Below are positions 17,183 through 26,197 of a stretch of 64,000 nt of DNA, piece after piece (within the stretch, counting starts at the first letter, position 1; the number at the start of each line of letters is the position of its first letter). A program made the translations under genes and the position numbers. The notes below the pieces were generated by a model. The model ran no database searches. It was given only the letters and a program-made list of their open reading frames with translations, and had not been told where the DNA came from. Source of the DNA: Fimbriimonadales bacterium (GTDB lineage: Bacteria; Armatimonadota; Fimbriimonadia; Fimbriimonadales; ATM1); the NCBI GenBank assembly GCA_041744215.1, contig JBGTLG010000030.1, positions 1 to 64,000 of the forward strand. The letters are read 5' to 3'.

Positions 17183-17655
17183 GATTCGCGCCTCATCGCT
17201 TGCGCGGCTCGCTTGATGGCAGCCAGGATTTGGGGATAGGCGCAGCATCTGCAAATATTGCCTTCCATCGCCGAAACGATCTCGTTGTCGCTCGGGTTCG
17301 GATTTCTGCTCAGCAACTCCAGCGCAGTCATGATCATTCCGGTGGTGCAAAATCCGCACTGCATGGCTCCTTCTTCGATAAACGCCTCCTGCACGGGATG
17401 CAGTTTGCCACCCTTGTCGAGTGATTCGATGGTTTGAACGGGCTTAGTGCCAATGGCTGAGAGCGGAGTGATGCAAGCTCGCGTTGCATGGCCATCGACG
17501 AGAACAGTGCATGAGCCGCATTGCGATTCACCGCAACCATACTTCGTGCCGGTGAGACCGAGGTCGTCGCGGAGGATCTCTAGAAGCTTCGAATCAGCCT
17601 CGGCCTCAATCACACAGGGTTCGCCGTTCACCTGAATTGTAATCTGCGCAGCCAT
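17179..17655 (-). CDS. 2Fe-2S binding subunit (IorA/CoxS-like)
   Basis: GTKYGCGESQCGSCTV, QCGFCT.G, NICRC. Confidence 0.95.
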   Translation of the reverse strand: MAAQITIQVNGEPCVIEAEADSKLLEILRDDLGLTGTKYGCGESQCGSCTVLVDGHATRACITPLSAIGTKPVQTIESLDKGGKLHPVQEAFIEEGAMQCGFCTTGMIMTALELLSRNPNPSDNEIVSAMEGNICRCCAYPQILAAIKRAAQAMRRES

Positions 17656-17772
17656 TCCAGTCGAGTGTACGGTACCCGCTAGGGCGAGGTTCCTCAGAAC
17701 CACCGGGAGGCAGAGGGGTAAGATTTCCATGAGGTTGGCGGCAGTGCCGCCCCCCAACAAGGAGGAACGGAG

Positions 17773-19395
17773 TTGATTATTGCAGGACTCGCTCTAGCGC
17801 TTGTCAGTGGACCGATGGTTGTCGACGATGAGGTGCTCTTTCCCGGTACCGGCGACCACAAGCGAACGGTCGTAACGAGCTCACCGAAGGCGAAGGAGTT
17901 CTTTGACCAGGGGCTCAACTGGCTGTATGCGTTCAATCACGAGGAGGCCCAGCGCTCATTCGAGGCGGCAACTCGCCATGACCCGAACTGTGCGATGGCA
18001 TGGTGGGGCCTCGCGATGTCGCATGGACCCCACATAAACTATCCGCTGCTGGAGTCAGAACGAGCCGAGGTGGCCACTCGGGCTATCCAGCGGGCAAAAT
18101 CGCTCATGGCCGGTGAGTCAGTCGCGAATCGCGCATTGATCAACGCGACGCTGGCCCGGTATCAGTATCCGCAGCCAGAAGATCGATCAGGCTTGGATCG
18201 AGCATTCGCTAACGCCATGCGCGCTGCTTGGCGAGCGCATTCGAGTGACGACGATATCGGCGCGATGTTCGCAGAGTCAATGATGAACCTTCGCCCTTGG
18301 GATTTGTGGAAACCGAATGGAACGCCACAGCCCGGCACGAACGAAATCGTGCGCACCCTCGAGCAGGTAATGCGGATCAACCCTAAGAATCCGCTGGCAA
18401 ATCATTTGTACATTCACGCGGTTGAGGCATCGCCAAACCCAGAGCGGGCGCTGCCCGCGGCCGACAGACTGCTAAACCTTCAACCGGGACTCGGCCACAA
18501 CGTGCATATGCCGTCACACATTTATGTGCGGGTTGGGCAATGGCAGAAGGCGATCGACTCAAATGCTCGAGCCATGGTTGTCGACAAAGAGTTTCGTGCC
18601 AAACGAAAGCAAGTCGGCATTTATCGCATCTACATGGCCCACAACAACCATATGCTGGCATTTGCAGCTATGATGAATGGTCAGAGTGAACTTGCGATAC
18701 AAGCCATCGATCAGTTGGTCGCAGACATTCCCGACGACGCGAAGATTGCGATGGCGCCATTCATCGACGGTTTTATGGCGATGCCGATGGAGGTGCGAAA
18801 GCGGTTTGGACGCTGGCAAGAGATCCTTGACATGCCCAACTATCCTGAGCATTTTCCCCTTTCGCGCGCAATGCGGCATGCAGCGCGATCCGTAGCGCAC
18901 GCTGCGATGCACAATCCTTCGAAAGCGCGACGGGAGCAGTACCTGTTCTATCAGGCGAAGCAGAAAGTTCCAGCGGGCCAGACGTTTGGAAACAATATGG
19001 CTAGGGATTTGGTGGTAGTCGCCGAGCACTTGATGAACGGTGAGATCCTTGTCGCTGAGAACAACCCAGATCGCGCTATAGCTGAGCTACGCCGGGCAGT
19101 GGCGTTCGAGGATAGATTGCGCTATTCTGAGCCGCCAGACTGGATCCAGCCGTCCCGGCATACGCTTGGTGCCTATCTGGTCTCGCTTGGTCGTCACCGA
19201 GAAGCTGAGTCTGTGTATCGCGATGACCTGAAGAAACTGCCGTACAACGGTTGGGCACTTTATGGGCTGGCCGTGTCGTTGGAAAACACTGGGCGAGGAG
19301 CGGAAGCAGCTCGAATGCGCGCCCAGTTCTCGGATACTTGGGCAAAAGCGGATGTCAACATCACGTCTTCGTGTATGTGCATTCCTGGCAAATGA
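17773..19395 (+). CDS. Secreted TPR-repeat protein
   Basis: SD GGAGG; FFDQGL...YAFNHEEA...DPNCAMAWWG, HLYIHAVE, HMPSHIY. Confidence 0.85.
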   Translation: MIIAGLALALVSGPMVVDDEVLFPGTGDHKRTVVTSSPKAKEFFDQGLNWLYAFNHEEAQRSFEAATRHDPNCAMAWWGLAMSHGPHINYPLLESERAEVATRAIQRAKSLMAGESVANRALINATLARYQYPQPEDRSGLDRAFANAMRAAWRAHSSDDDIGAMFAESMMNLRPWDLWKPNGTPQPGTNEIVRTLEQVMRINPKNPLANHLYIHAVEASPNPERALPAADRLLNLQPGLGHNVHMPSHIYVRVGQWQKAIDSNARAMVVDKEFRAKRKQVGIYRIYMAHNNHMLAFAAMMNGQSELAIQAIDQLVADIPDDAKIAMAPFIDGFMAMPMEVRKRFGRWQEILDMPNYPEHFPLSRAMRHAARSVAHAAMHNPSKARREQYLFYQAKQKVPAGQTFGNNMARDLVVVAEHLMNGEILVAENNPDRAIAELRRAVAFEDRLRYSEPPDWIQPSRHTLGAYLVSLGRHREAESVYRDDLKKLPYNGWALYGLAVSLENTGRGAEAARMRAQFSDTWAKADVNITSSCMCIPGK

Positions 19396-19546
19396 ACGAC
19401 GCCAATGTCGGAGCCGGATAACACCGGCTCCGGCGAAGGCTTAACGTTCCTATCTTGTGATGCGTCAAGGGGTTTGCGGGGTTTAGTCATTGACGCGTGA
19501 TTTGGTTGACGTCCTTTCGAGTTGCGTAGGTTTAGCGCTCGAACGG

Positions 19547-19582
19547 CTCATCGGGCTCACCGGACTCATCGAACTCATCGCT
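19547..19582. repeat. 4 x 9-bp tandem repeat
   Basis: CTCATCGGG CTCACCGGA CTCATCGAA CTCATCGCT. Confidence 0.75.
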
Positions 19583-19832
19583 TGTTTCAATTGTTAACGC
19601 GGCGGTTTGAGTTCAAGAGCGGCGTCGTGTCGGTTCCCTCGATGCGGATTGCGGTCAGGCACTCAGATCTTGACGTTCGCAAGACTTAAGACCTTGAGAG
19701 ATCGCATTGTCAACCTGATTCTGGGATTCGCCGGCAAGTTTTGCGAGTTGCTTTGTGGTGTGCAAGTTCTTCGTAAACGCGATCTCTGGGTCAATCTGCA
19801 GATGGTAGGGTTCGGTCCGAGTTTAAAGCTAG

Positions 19833-20329
19833 ACGCCCTCGGCGAAAAATGTGTTTATGGGCCTATCGTGCAAGTTTTTGCAGGTGAACCCGGAGGGCGA
19901 AATTCCGTCGCTGCCGCCGGATTCCGATTTTGTCGGGGATAGTATCGAGATCGAAGTCTCGGTTGCGCCGGATGAGTCGGGTGCCGGGTATCGGGTACCG
20001 GGTGTTTAGCGCCGGATTCCTCTTCCTCACCCGGACCCCGAGACCCGAACCCCGAACCCCGTTCCGCAGGAGTCATATTTACGACCACGGGCCCGAACTC
20101 GCCGGGCGTGGTAACGGAACTGCTTTTCCAGAAAATGAAGAGCGACCGCTGGCGGCCAACGAAGTTCTATAAATCGCTCGGCTTCGTGCACTTCGAGGAG
20201 GCGGGGGAGGGAATCCTCGTGCCCCTGGAACCCGGGGTCTACGCCTTCGCCTGGCGCTTGGTGCGGGTGGCTACGGGTCAGGCTACTCTGGAGGTGGCAT
20301 TGGGGACGGAAGTGTTTGGTGAGAAGTAG
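19833..20329 (+). pseudogene. Fragment of a hypothetical gene, 5'-truncated and frame-disrupted by a repeat hairpin
   Basis: TPSAKNVFMGLSCKFLQVNPEGEIP..PP...F.GDSI stops at 20007; continues in another frame as GVIFTTTGPNSPGVVTELLFQ...GVYAFAWRLVRVATGQAT. Confidence 0.55.
19976..20060. repeat. 7-bp-periodic inverted-repeat hairpin
   Basis: (NNCGGGT)x4, 25-nt loop, then ACCCGGA CCCCGAG ACCCGAA CCCCGAA CCCC. Confidence 0.85.
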
Positions 20330-20332
20330 CGC

Positions 20333-20752
20333 CTAGCCTCTGGGCACCCGTTGGTCACCGTACCACTTCAGTCGTTTGCCAATTGTCAATCCCTCGAGAG
20401 GGTTGGCTACCTTGTATCCATCAAGGTTGAGAAACTTGATGTATAGATTCCCCGCGTGCAATTCTATATCGGAGCCTTTAGGAACCAGTTCCAGTAATCT
20501 ATGTGAAACCTCGGACGCCCAATCTCTACGTTCTGCCACGGGCATGTCCCGCAGAGCCAGGTCGTAACTATGAACTGAGTCATCCGGCTTCAGCAAACCA
20601 TGCTTTGCGGAAAGAATGAGGATTCGCATGCCGCGACCCTCTGCGTAAGTTATCGCCTTTCTGAACAGATCTGACGGCCAATAGAGCTCCTTGGCTTGGT
20701 GCGGGCCTCCCGATAGTTTCTTGCTGGTGCAAGCGATTAGCGCATACTTCAT
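20333..20752 (-). CDS. DUF6884 family protein
   Basis: LIACTSKK..AKELY.SDLF..ILSAKHGLL.P...YDL.L, GLTIGKRLKW. Confidence 0.8.
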   Translation of the reverse strand: MKYALIACTSKKLSGGPHQAKELYWPSDLFRKAITYAEGRGMRILILSAKHGLLKPDDSVHSYDLALRDMPVAERRDWASEVSHRLLELVPKGSDIELHAGNLYIKFLNLDGYKVANPLEGLTIGKRLKWYGDQRVPRG

Positions 20753-20768
20753 GGTTTTCGATTTCCTC

Positions 20769-21506
20769 TTATAGTCCCTGCCTCAGGCAGACGGACGTCA
20801 TGGGACAGTCCGGGCATATTGGTAGTGCTGCACGGCAGAAGGTCCGTCCAATATGCCAAAGAGGGCTGTCTAGCTTTCCCGGAAAGTCCGGCGATAATTG
20901 TGTTGTCCGAATCAGCGCCGCCTTCTCGTTCTTATGCTCTATTAGACCTAGCCGGTACATCACGCGCTGGACATGAACGTCCGGCTTCACGTCGATACGA
21001 TGCAAATCCTTGAACTCCACCTTCTTCAGCCGAAGCAGAAGTATTGCCGCCATATTGGCGATGCCTGGCCCGACACCTCGTACGCTCATGAACTCGTGCT
21101 TGAATTCCAGAGCCGAGGCATGGTTGTACAGCCTCTCGGCAACTCCGGCATACCTCTCGCAAACCAATCGAGAGAAATCCAGTATCGTCTCAACCGCAGC
21201 GTTCATGTACCGGGGCTTACGTGCCGATTCCTTTAGAAGCTGTAACACGTAGTCTGGTGACAGCGAAGAAATCTTGCAGGGATCCAGATGCCCGAGCCGT
21301 CCCTTTAGGTAGTACGGAATGGGCCAGATGCGCTCGATCGGCGTTTGGCGGTCCAGTGAGCAGGCCAGCAGAAATGCGAATGCATCATTTGTGACGAGCT
21401 CCATCTCCTCCGCGGTGCCCTCAGCGAGGAGTGCGGCTGGATTAACGACGTCCCAGTACTCGTGAAGTTGTGCAACTACTGCATCTGTGTTCAGATCATC
21501 CAACAT
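20769..21506 (-). CDS. HhH-GPD superfamily (endonuclease III-like) DNA glycosylase with 4Fe-4S motif
   Basis: HhH motif VRGVGPGIA, PDVHV, C-terminal C-x6-C-x2-C-x5-C. Confidence 0.85.
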   Translation of the reverse strand: MLDDLNTDAVVAQLHEYWDVVNPAALLAEGTAEEMELVTNDAFAFLLACSLDRQTPIERIWPIPYYLKGRLGHLDPCKISSLSPDYVLQLLKESARKPRYMNAAVETILDFSRLVCERYAGVAERLYNHASALEFKHEFMSVRGVGPGIANMAAILLLRLKKVEFKDLHRIDVKPDVHVQRVMYRLGLIEHKNEKAALIRTTQLSPDFPGKLDSPLWHIGRTFCRAALPICPDCPMTSVCLRQGL

Positions 21507-21519
21507 GATCACCCCTTCA

Positions 21520-21864
21520 TCAATCTAACTCCTCCATGAGAGCCATAGCAGTCTGGAGAGTTGTCGCGAGTTCGTCTTGAACAATAGTCCATACACGCTC
21601 GGGATCAACGGCGAAGTAGCCATGTGCGAGTAGGTTCCGAAATGCGCGAATCTGGCGCCAGTCTTCGAACCGCTCTGTCAGAGTCTGATCGATCTGCGAC
21701 AGTTGAACCAAAGCCTCACCAACAATGAACAGTCTGCGTTCTACGGCATCTTGCAAGATCGGATCGGCAAGATAGTTAACCAGGTTCTTGTTTGTGACAT
21801 AAGCCTGTATGGCCTTGGCAGATTGGACAATTTCCTGCAGCAGTTTTGAGATCTCACGCGGCAT
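21520..21864 (-). CDS. hepT: HepT-like HEPN ribonuclease toxin (DUF86)
   Basis: DAVERRLFIVGEA, RNLLAHGY (R-x4-H-x-Y). Confidence 0.9.
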   Translation of the reverse strand: MPREISKLLQEIVQSAKAIQAYVTNKNLVNYLADPILQDAVERRLFIVGEALVQLSQIDQTLTERFEDWRQIRAFRNLLAHGYFAVDPERVWTIVQDELATTLQTAMALMEELD

Positions 21865-22168
21865 AGACGGTTACCGCCGTCTCATCTATTTCTTCTCGTA
21901 GATAAGGATTCTCAATCGCCGGGAGTTCCAAGAGATCGACCTCGCGACCGAAAAGATCCTCTAGTTCGACCATGAACCCGAAGAACTGCTTGCTGAGACT
22001 CATACCTGTGGGCCTATCAAACTCGGCCACAAAGTCGAGGTCGCTGTTTTGTGGGTCAAAGCCTCCGGTAGCCGCCGAGCCGAATAGCATGAGACGGCGC
22101 ACCGCGTAGCGCTCGCAAAGCTCGCGGAGCGCAGACAGCTGTTCGGTTGTCATTTCGAAACTTGCCAT
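21854..22168 (-). CDS. mntA: Minimal nucleotidyltransferase antitoxin (MntA-like)
   Basis: LFGS-x10-DLD, LFGREVDL. Confidence 0.9.
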   Translation of the reverse strand: MASFEMTTEQLSALRELCERYAVRRLMLFGSAATGGFDPQNSDLDFVAEFDRPTGMSLSKQFFGFMVELEDLFGREVDLLELPAIENPYLREEIDETAVTVYAA

Positions 22169-22192
22169 GTGCGGTACAACTCAACGGCGGAA

Positions 22193-22414
22193 TCAAAGGC
22201 TGTCCCAATCCTCAACCGTTATACCCGCCTGCCTCAGGACTGACCTCAACGTGCCAATCGCCACCTCCTGATGTTTCGGCACGATGGCGGTGCGGGTCCC
22301 TTCCTCAGACTCCTTCGCGAACTTGACGTGGCTCCCCGTTTGTGAAACCTCACGGAAGCCGGCAGCGATCAGCTTCTTCCGCACATCCCTGTATGGGAGT
22401 GGACTAAGCGGCAT
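22193..22414 (-). CDS. hicA: HicA family mRNA interferase toxin
   Basis: GF...QTGSHVKF, VPKH.E...GTLRSVLRQAG. Confidence 0.9.
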   Translation of the reverse strand: MPLSPLPYRDVRKKLIAAGFREVSQTGSHVKFAKESEEGTRTAIVPKHQEVAIGTLRSVLRQAGITVEDWDSL

Positions 22415-22613
22415 CTATCCTGATGGTGAACTTAGCGAGCTTGGGCGCATCGGTGGCAATAGGTTCTGAGAAGTGAAGCTCCAACGCCTCTTTCAGATTC
22501 GCCAGCGCCTCCTCTTCGGTGCTACCCTGGCTCGCTACGTCAACCTCGACGCACTGGGCCACGAACCAGTCGCCTTCCTGCCAGATGCTCGCCGTGAACG
22601 CCTGCTCTCTCAC
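22404..22613 (-). CDS. hicB: Short HicB family antitoxin
   Basis: EGDWFVAQC.EVDVASQG.TEEEALANLKEALEL. Confidence 0.9.
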   Translation of the reverse strand: MREQAFTASIWQEGDWFVAQCVEVDVASQGSTEEEALANLKEALELHFSEPIATDAPKLAKFTIRIDAA

Positions 22614-22867
22614 GACGCCTCCCTTGCGACCGCCTGCTCATACAATGCGTCTGCGCAGAACTCCAGCTCGCCAGGCCAGGCAAGGATGCGGCCATCATCC
22701 GAAACTTGCGCCTTCCGAAAGAACTGGGGATCGGCTAGCCTAGAGAACATGCCTCCGCGTTCTGAGATGGGCTTGAAGTCCACGGTGCCCGCATTGCCAT
22801 TGTAGAACGCCAGACGAATCAACATGTCGCCTTCAAGCTTGAATGAGTGAAGAACACGCCGTATCAC
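22610..22867 (-). CDS. DUF2442 domain protein (antitoxin-like)
   Basis: IRLAF.NG..GTVDF...F..LADP.FF....LAWPGELEFCADALY. Confidence 0.85.
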   Translation of the reverse strand: MIRRVLHSFKLEGDMLIRLAFYNGNAGTVDFKPISERGGMFSRLADPQFFRKAQVSDDGRILAWPGELEFCADALYEQAVAREAS

Positions 22868-23841
22868 GGTTCTACTCCGACCGCTGCCGGTTCGACAGGC
22901 TCTGATTGTTGGGCATCATCTTGCTGAGTATCTAGTAACATGGTGCGGAGATCTGCTAGTAACCGACCTTCCTCTGTGCTCCAACTCGTCCATCCGTTGA
23001 CGGTCCTCCTCGTGCTTCCAGCGTTCTGGATGCAGTGCAGGGCAGCATAACTTGGTGAGCTAAAATCTCGATTGCCAACCCTTAAATCACCGTTGTCCGT
23101 CACGAAAGCTTCATACACTTGCCGCTCTTGGCCCCTGGGCCCGTATGGCATTGTGAGTTTCTGACCAATCTCAAGGAAGTTGGACTTGATCAAGTCACCT
23201 ATCCCAACGCCGTACGTTGATATGGACGTTGTTCGTTCGCTTGCCGTTAGGGTCTCGAAAGCGGGCTGGTTTTCGTCAGGAATTTCGTATATGATGGACG
23301 TCGGATCGTTGAAATCAACAAACTTGCGGATTATCCACAGTTTCACTTCGTACTGAAGCGTCTTGGCCCAGTCCCGGTAATCTTGGGAAACATTATCGAT
23401 AGGAATCGCAAGTATAGGCTTGGCCGTCAAGATGTCCGCGAGACGAGCCCGAACGTCCAGTTCATCGATGCCAAGTTCAGCCAACAAGTCCCTCGCGCTC
23501 CGGTCTTGCCGAATGTAGGTAACTGCTGCTTCAACGAGGGCCTGCCTGGTTGTTGGTTGGGCAGCTGCGACCAACTGTTTCGAAACTTGTCGCACGACGT
23601 GGTCCCAGAACGGATGCCGGCTGAGTTCAGCTTCGACAACGAACCACTTCTTGTTTACCAAGTCGATAGCGAATCCGTCCGGTATCGTCCCGTACCCGTC
23701 GCCGCTACGTATTAAGGATTTCGGCAAAAGGATGGAATCCTCGCCAAACAGGTGCTGCGCATGTCTGAAGACTACATCTTCAATCTCTTCCTCACTATCA
23801 AAAGACACGGAAACGAACGTCCTGTCACCAATCACTATCAT
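22864..23841 (-). CDS. PD-(D/E)XK-fold putative nuclease fused to a C-terminal RAMA domain
   Basis: N-terminal EEEIE...IPDGFAID...VVEAEL; C-terminal DLIKSNFL..GQKL...G.L.V...FSSPS.AA...VNGWTSW....LADLR. Confidence 0.75.
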   Translation of the reverse strand: MIVIGDRTFVSVSFDSEEEIEDVVFRHAQHLFGEDSILLPKSLIRSGDGYGTIPDGFAIDLVNKKWFVVEAELSRHPFWDHVVRQVSKQLVAAAQPTTRQALVEAAVTYIRQDRSARDLLAELGIDELDVRARLADILTAKPILAIPIDNVSQDYRDWAKTLQYEVKLWIIRKFVDFNDPTSIIYEIPDENQPAFETLTASERTTSISTYGVGIGDLIKSNFLEIGQKLTMPYGPRGQERQVYEAFVTDNGDLRVGNRDFSSPSYAALHCIQNAGSTRRTVNGWTSWSTEEGRLLADLRTMLLDTQQDDAQQSEPVEPAAVGVEP

Positions 23842-23865
23842 GCTCTTGCTCCTACTTTACGCTAG

Positions 23866-24783
23866 CTACCACCCCCGGCTCGCCAACTGCTCCTCCACAG
23901 TCAGCGATGACACGTTGATACCCACCATCGGCTCACCGAGGTCTTGCGATACGCGCGCCAGGAGCTTGGCATCGTTGTAATGCGCAGTTGCTTCGACAAT
24001 CGCCGATGCGCGACGAGCAGGGTCGCCTGACTTGAAAATGCCGCTTCCAACGAATACGGCTTCGGCGCCCAGCTTCATCATTAGCGCGGCGTCTGCTGGG
24101 GTCGCGATCCCGCCTGCAGAAAAGTTCGGAACAGGCAACCTGCCTGTGCGATGAACTTCTTGAATCAACTCGAACGGCGCGCTAAACTCCTTCGCGAGCG
24201 ACATTAGATCATCTTGTCGCGCTGAGTGCACGCGCTTGATCTCGGAGATGATCGCGCGCATGTGGCGGACCGCTTCGATGACGTCGCCTGTCCCGGCTTC
24301 ACCCTTTGTGCGAATCATTGCCGCCCCTTCAGCGCATCGGCGCAGGGCCTCGCCAAGATTGCGCGCACCGCAAACAAACGGAACTCTGAATCCGTGCTTC
24401 CAGACGTGACGTTCAGGATCTGCTGGGGTGAGAACTTCTGATTCATCGATGTAATCGACTTCGAGGGCTTCCAGAATCTCTGCCTCCACGAAGTGTCCGA
24501 TACGACACTTCGCCATGACCGGGATCGTGACAGCATCTTGGATTCCCTTTATCATTTCGGGAGCGCTCATTCGCGCCACCCCTCCATGGAGCCTGATGTC
24601 GGCGGGGACGCGCTCAAGCGCCATTACCGCTACGGCGCCGGCAGTTTCAGCTATCTTCGCGTGCTCTGGCGTTACGACGTCCATGATCACGCCGCCCTTC
24701 AGCATTTCAGCTAGTCCGACCTTCAGTCGCCAAGAATCCGGCTCGCCTCGGGGCTCAACAATCGAGTGACCGTTTGTTTCCAT
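23866..24783 (-). CDS. pdxS: Pyridoxal 5'-phosphate synthase lyase subunit
   Basis: [41 protein letters not shown]. Confidence 0.97.
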   Translation of the reverse strand: METNGHSIVEPRGEPDSWRLKVGLAEMLKGGVIMDVVTPEHAKIAETAGAVAVMALERVPADIRLHGGVARMSAPEMIKGIQDAVTIPVMAKCRIGHFVEAEILEALEVDYIDESEVLTPADPERHVWKHGFRVPFVCGARNLGEALRRCAEGAAMIRTKGEAGTGDVIEAVRHMRAIISEIKRVHSARQDDLMSLAKEFSAPFELIQEVHRTGRLPVPNFSAGGIATPADAALMMKLGAEAVFVGSGIFKSGDPARRASAIVEATAHYNDAKLLARVSQDLGEPMVGINVSSLTVEEQLASRGW

Positions 24784-24870
24784 ATAGGTAGACGGAATTT
24801 TACCATCTGGACCTGCAGCTCCGCCACGGAAGGTGGCCATGCAGTTTGCAAACTCTGGTAACTTGCTACC

Positions 24871-25761
24871 ATGAAGACGACGCTTCTTGTCACACTTGCT
24901 TGTTTGGCGATTCTTGGCGGATCGATATCGGCATGCGGCGGCGTGAACTCAAGCTACATTTGGTTCGTTTCGATACGCGACTCGCAGTACGACATTTTCC
25001 GAATGAATGCCAACGGGACGGAGGTAACTCAGCTTACGAATTCCGTAGGATCGAGTACGTATCCGACAGTGCGTCGCGACGGGAGCAAGATCGCCTTCTC
25101 ACAGCAGTTCTTCACGGACGAGGATGGTGGAAACGTCGACATCGTTATCATGAACCCAAACGGTACAAACCAGCTTCGCCTGACGACGGCCTCCCCTGAC
25201 GATCGACACCCATCGTTCACTCCGGATGGTAACCGAATCGTTTGGCAAACGCAAAACAACATATGGATCATGAACGCCGACGGAACAGCGAAGCTACAAT
25301 TGACGAATGCAGGGACTGACGCCGAGCCCTCTGTAAGTCCAAACGGACAGAGAATCGCATTCACGCGCTCCGTTGGTGGTGTCCGGAAAGTCCATACAAT
25401 GAACTTGAGTGGATCAGGCATCACTCAGGTGCTTTTTGGCGCCGGCCAACAGTATTGGCCGCGCTGGTCGCCAGATAGCGGTCAGATCGTGTACTCGCAG
25501 CGCGACGCGGAAGACAACGAACGTGTCCGTGTCTGCAATGCGGACGGGTCGAACGATAACGAGCTGACCAGCGGATTCAGAGACAAGTTAGCGATCTTCT
25601 CTCCCAATGGCGACTTCATCTTTTTCACGAGGGAACCCGCCCTAGCAGACGGGGGCAACGTTGGGAAGATTTATCGGATGAACATTGACGGAACTAACCC
25701 GACTCTCATCAGCGCCGGGGCGGACGACGACGGGAGTCCTGCAGTCATCGGAACGCCCTAG
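24871..25761 (+). CDS. TolB-like PD40 (WD40-like) beta-propeller protein
   Basis: Signal peptide; repeated P.(W/F)SPDG..I.F and I..MNADG. Confidence 0.85.
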   Translation: MKTTLLVTLACLAILGGSISACGGVNSSYIWFVSIRDSQYDIFRMNANGTEVTQLTNSVGSSTYPTVRRDGSKIAFSQQFFTDEDGGNVDIVIMNPNGTNQLRLTTASPDDRHPSFTPDGNRIVWQTQNNIWIMNADGTAKLQLTNAGTDAEPSVSPNGQRIAFTRSVGGVRKVHTMNLSGSGITQVLFGAGQQYWPRWSPDSGQIVYSQRDAEDNERVRVCNADGSNDNELTSGFRDKLAIFSPNGDFIFFTREPALADGGNVGKIYRMNIDGTNPTLISAGADDDGSPAVIGTP

Positions 25762-26031
25762 ACCTTAGGTGTTCGGCCCACTCGGAGCCCCTCGCCGTGC
25801 ACCCGAAAATGATGGGGAGAACTGCTGTTAGAAGGAGCTTACTCCCCTCCTCACTCCAGCGACGCCCGGTCCCGGACACAGAATTTCTACCAGACGTTTG
25901 AACGGATTGAGGTGGCGTCTCGTCTGATGTGCGAGCCGGCACGAGGGCGCCGGTTCGAGGGCGAAAAGGAGAGACGCTCCTGGTGGTAACGAACGACATC
26001 GCGGACCGCGGCCGCGATCAAGTCGAGCGAA

Positions 26032-26108
26032 GGATGAACCTGCCGCCGACGCAGTCAGCGAACTAAATGTAAGCGTTCTCGCGCGTCTGGCGGCGGGCAT
26101 TCGCATCC
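26032..26108. other. Long intergenic imperfect hairpin
   Basis: GGATG..CCTGCCGCC GACGC..GCGAAC pairs with GTTC TCGC GCGTC GGCGGCGGG..CATCC. Confidence 0.6.
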
Positions 26109-26197
26109 CGAAGGGCCGCTTTACATGGCAGTTGAACCCTCCCGGTAACACTTTGGGAAGTCAGGAGTCTAAAGATGCAGGAGACAAGGAGGAACTA

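Noticed and set aside
17183-17359. N-terminal extension of the IorB-like gene
   Set aside because: It overlaps the 2Fe-2S gene; the ATGA-coupled start at 17182 precedes the Tat motif.
25762-26197. tmRNA, RNase P RNA or SRP RNA
   Set aside because: None of the hallmark motifs (tRNA-like ends, GAGGAAAGTCC, SRP loop) was seen.
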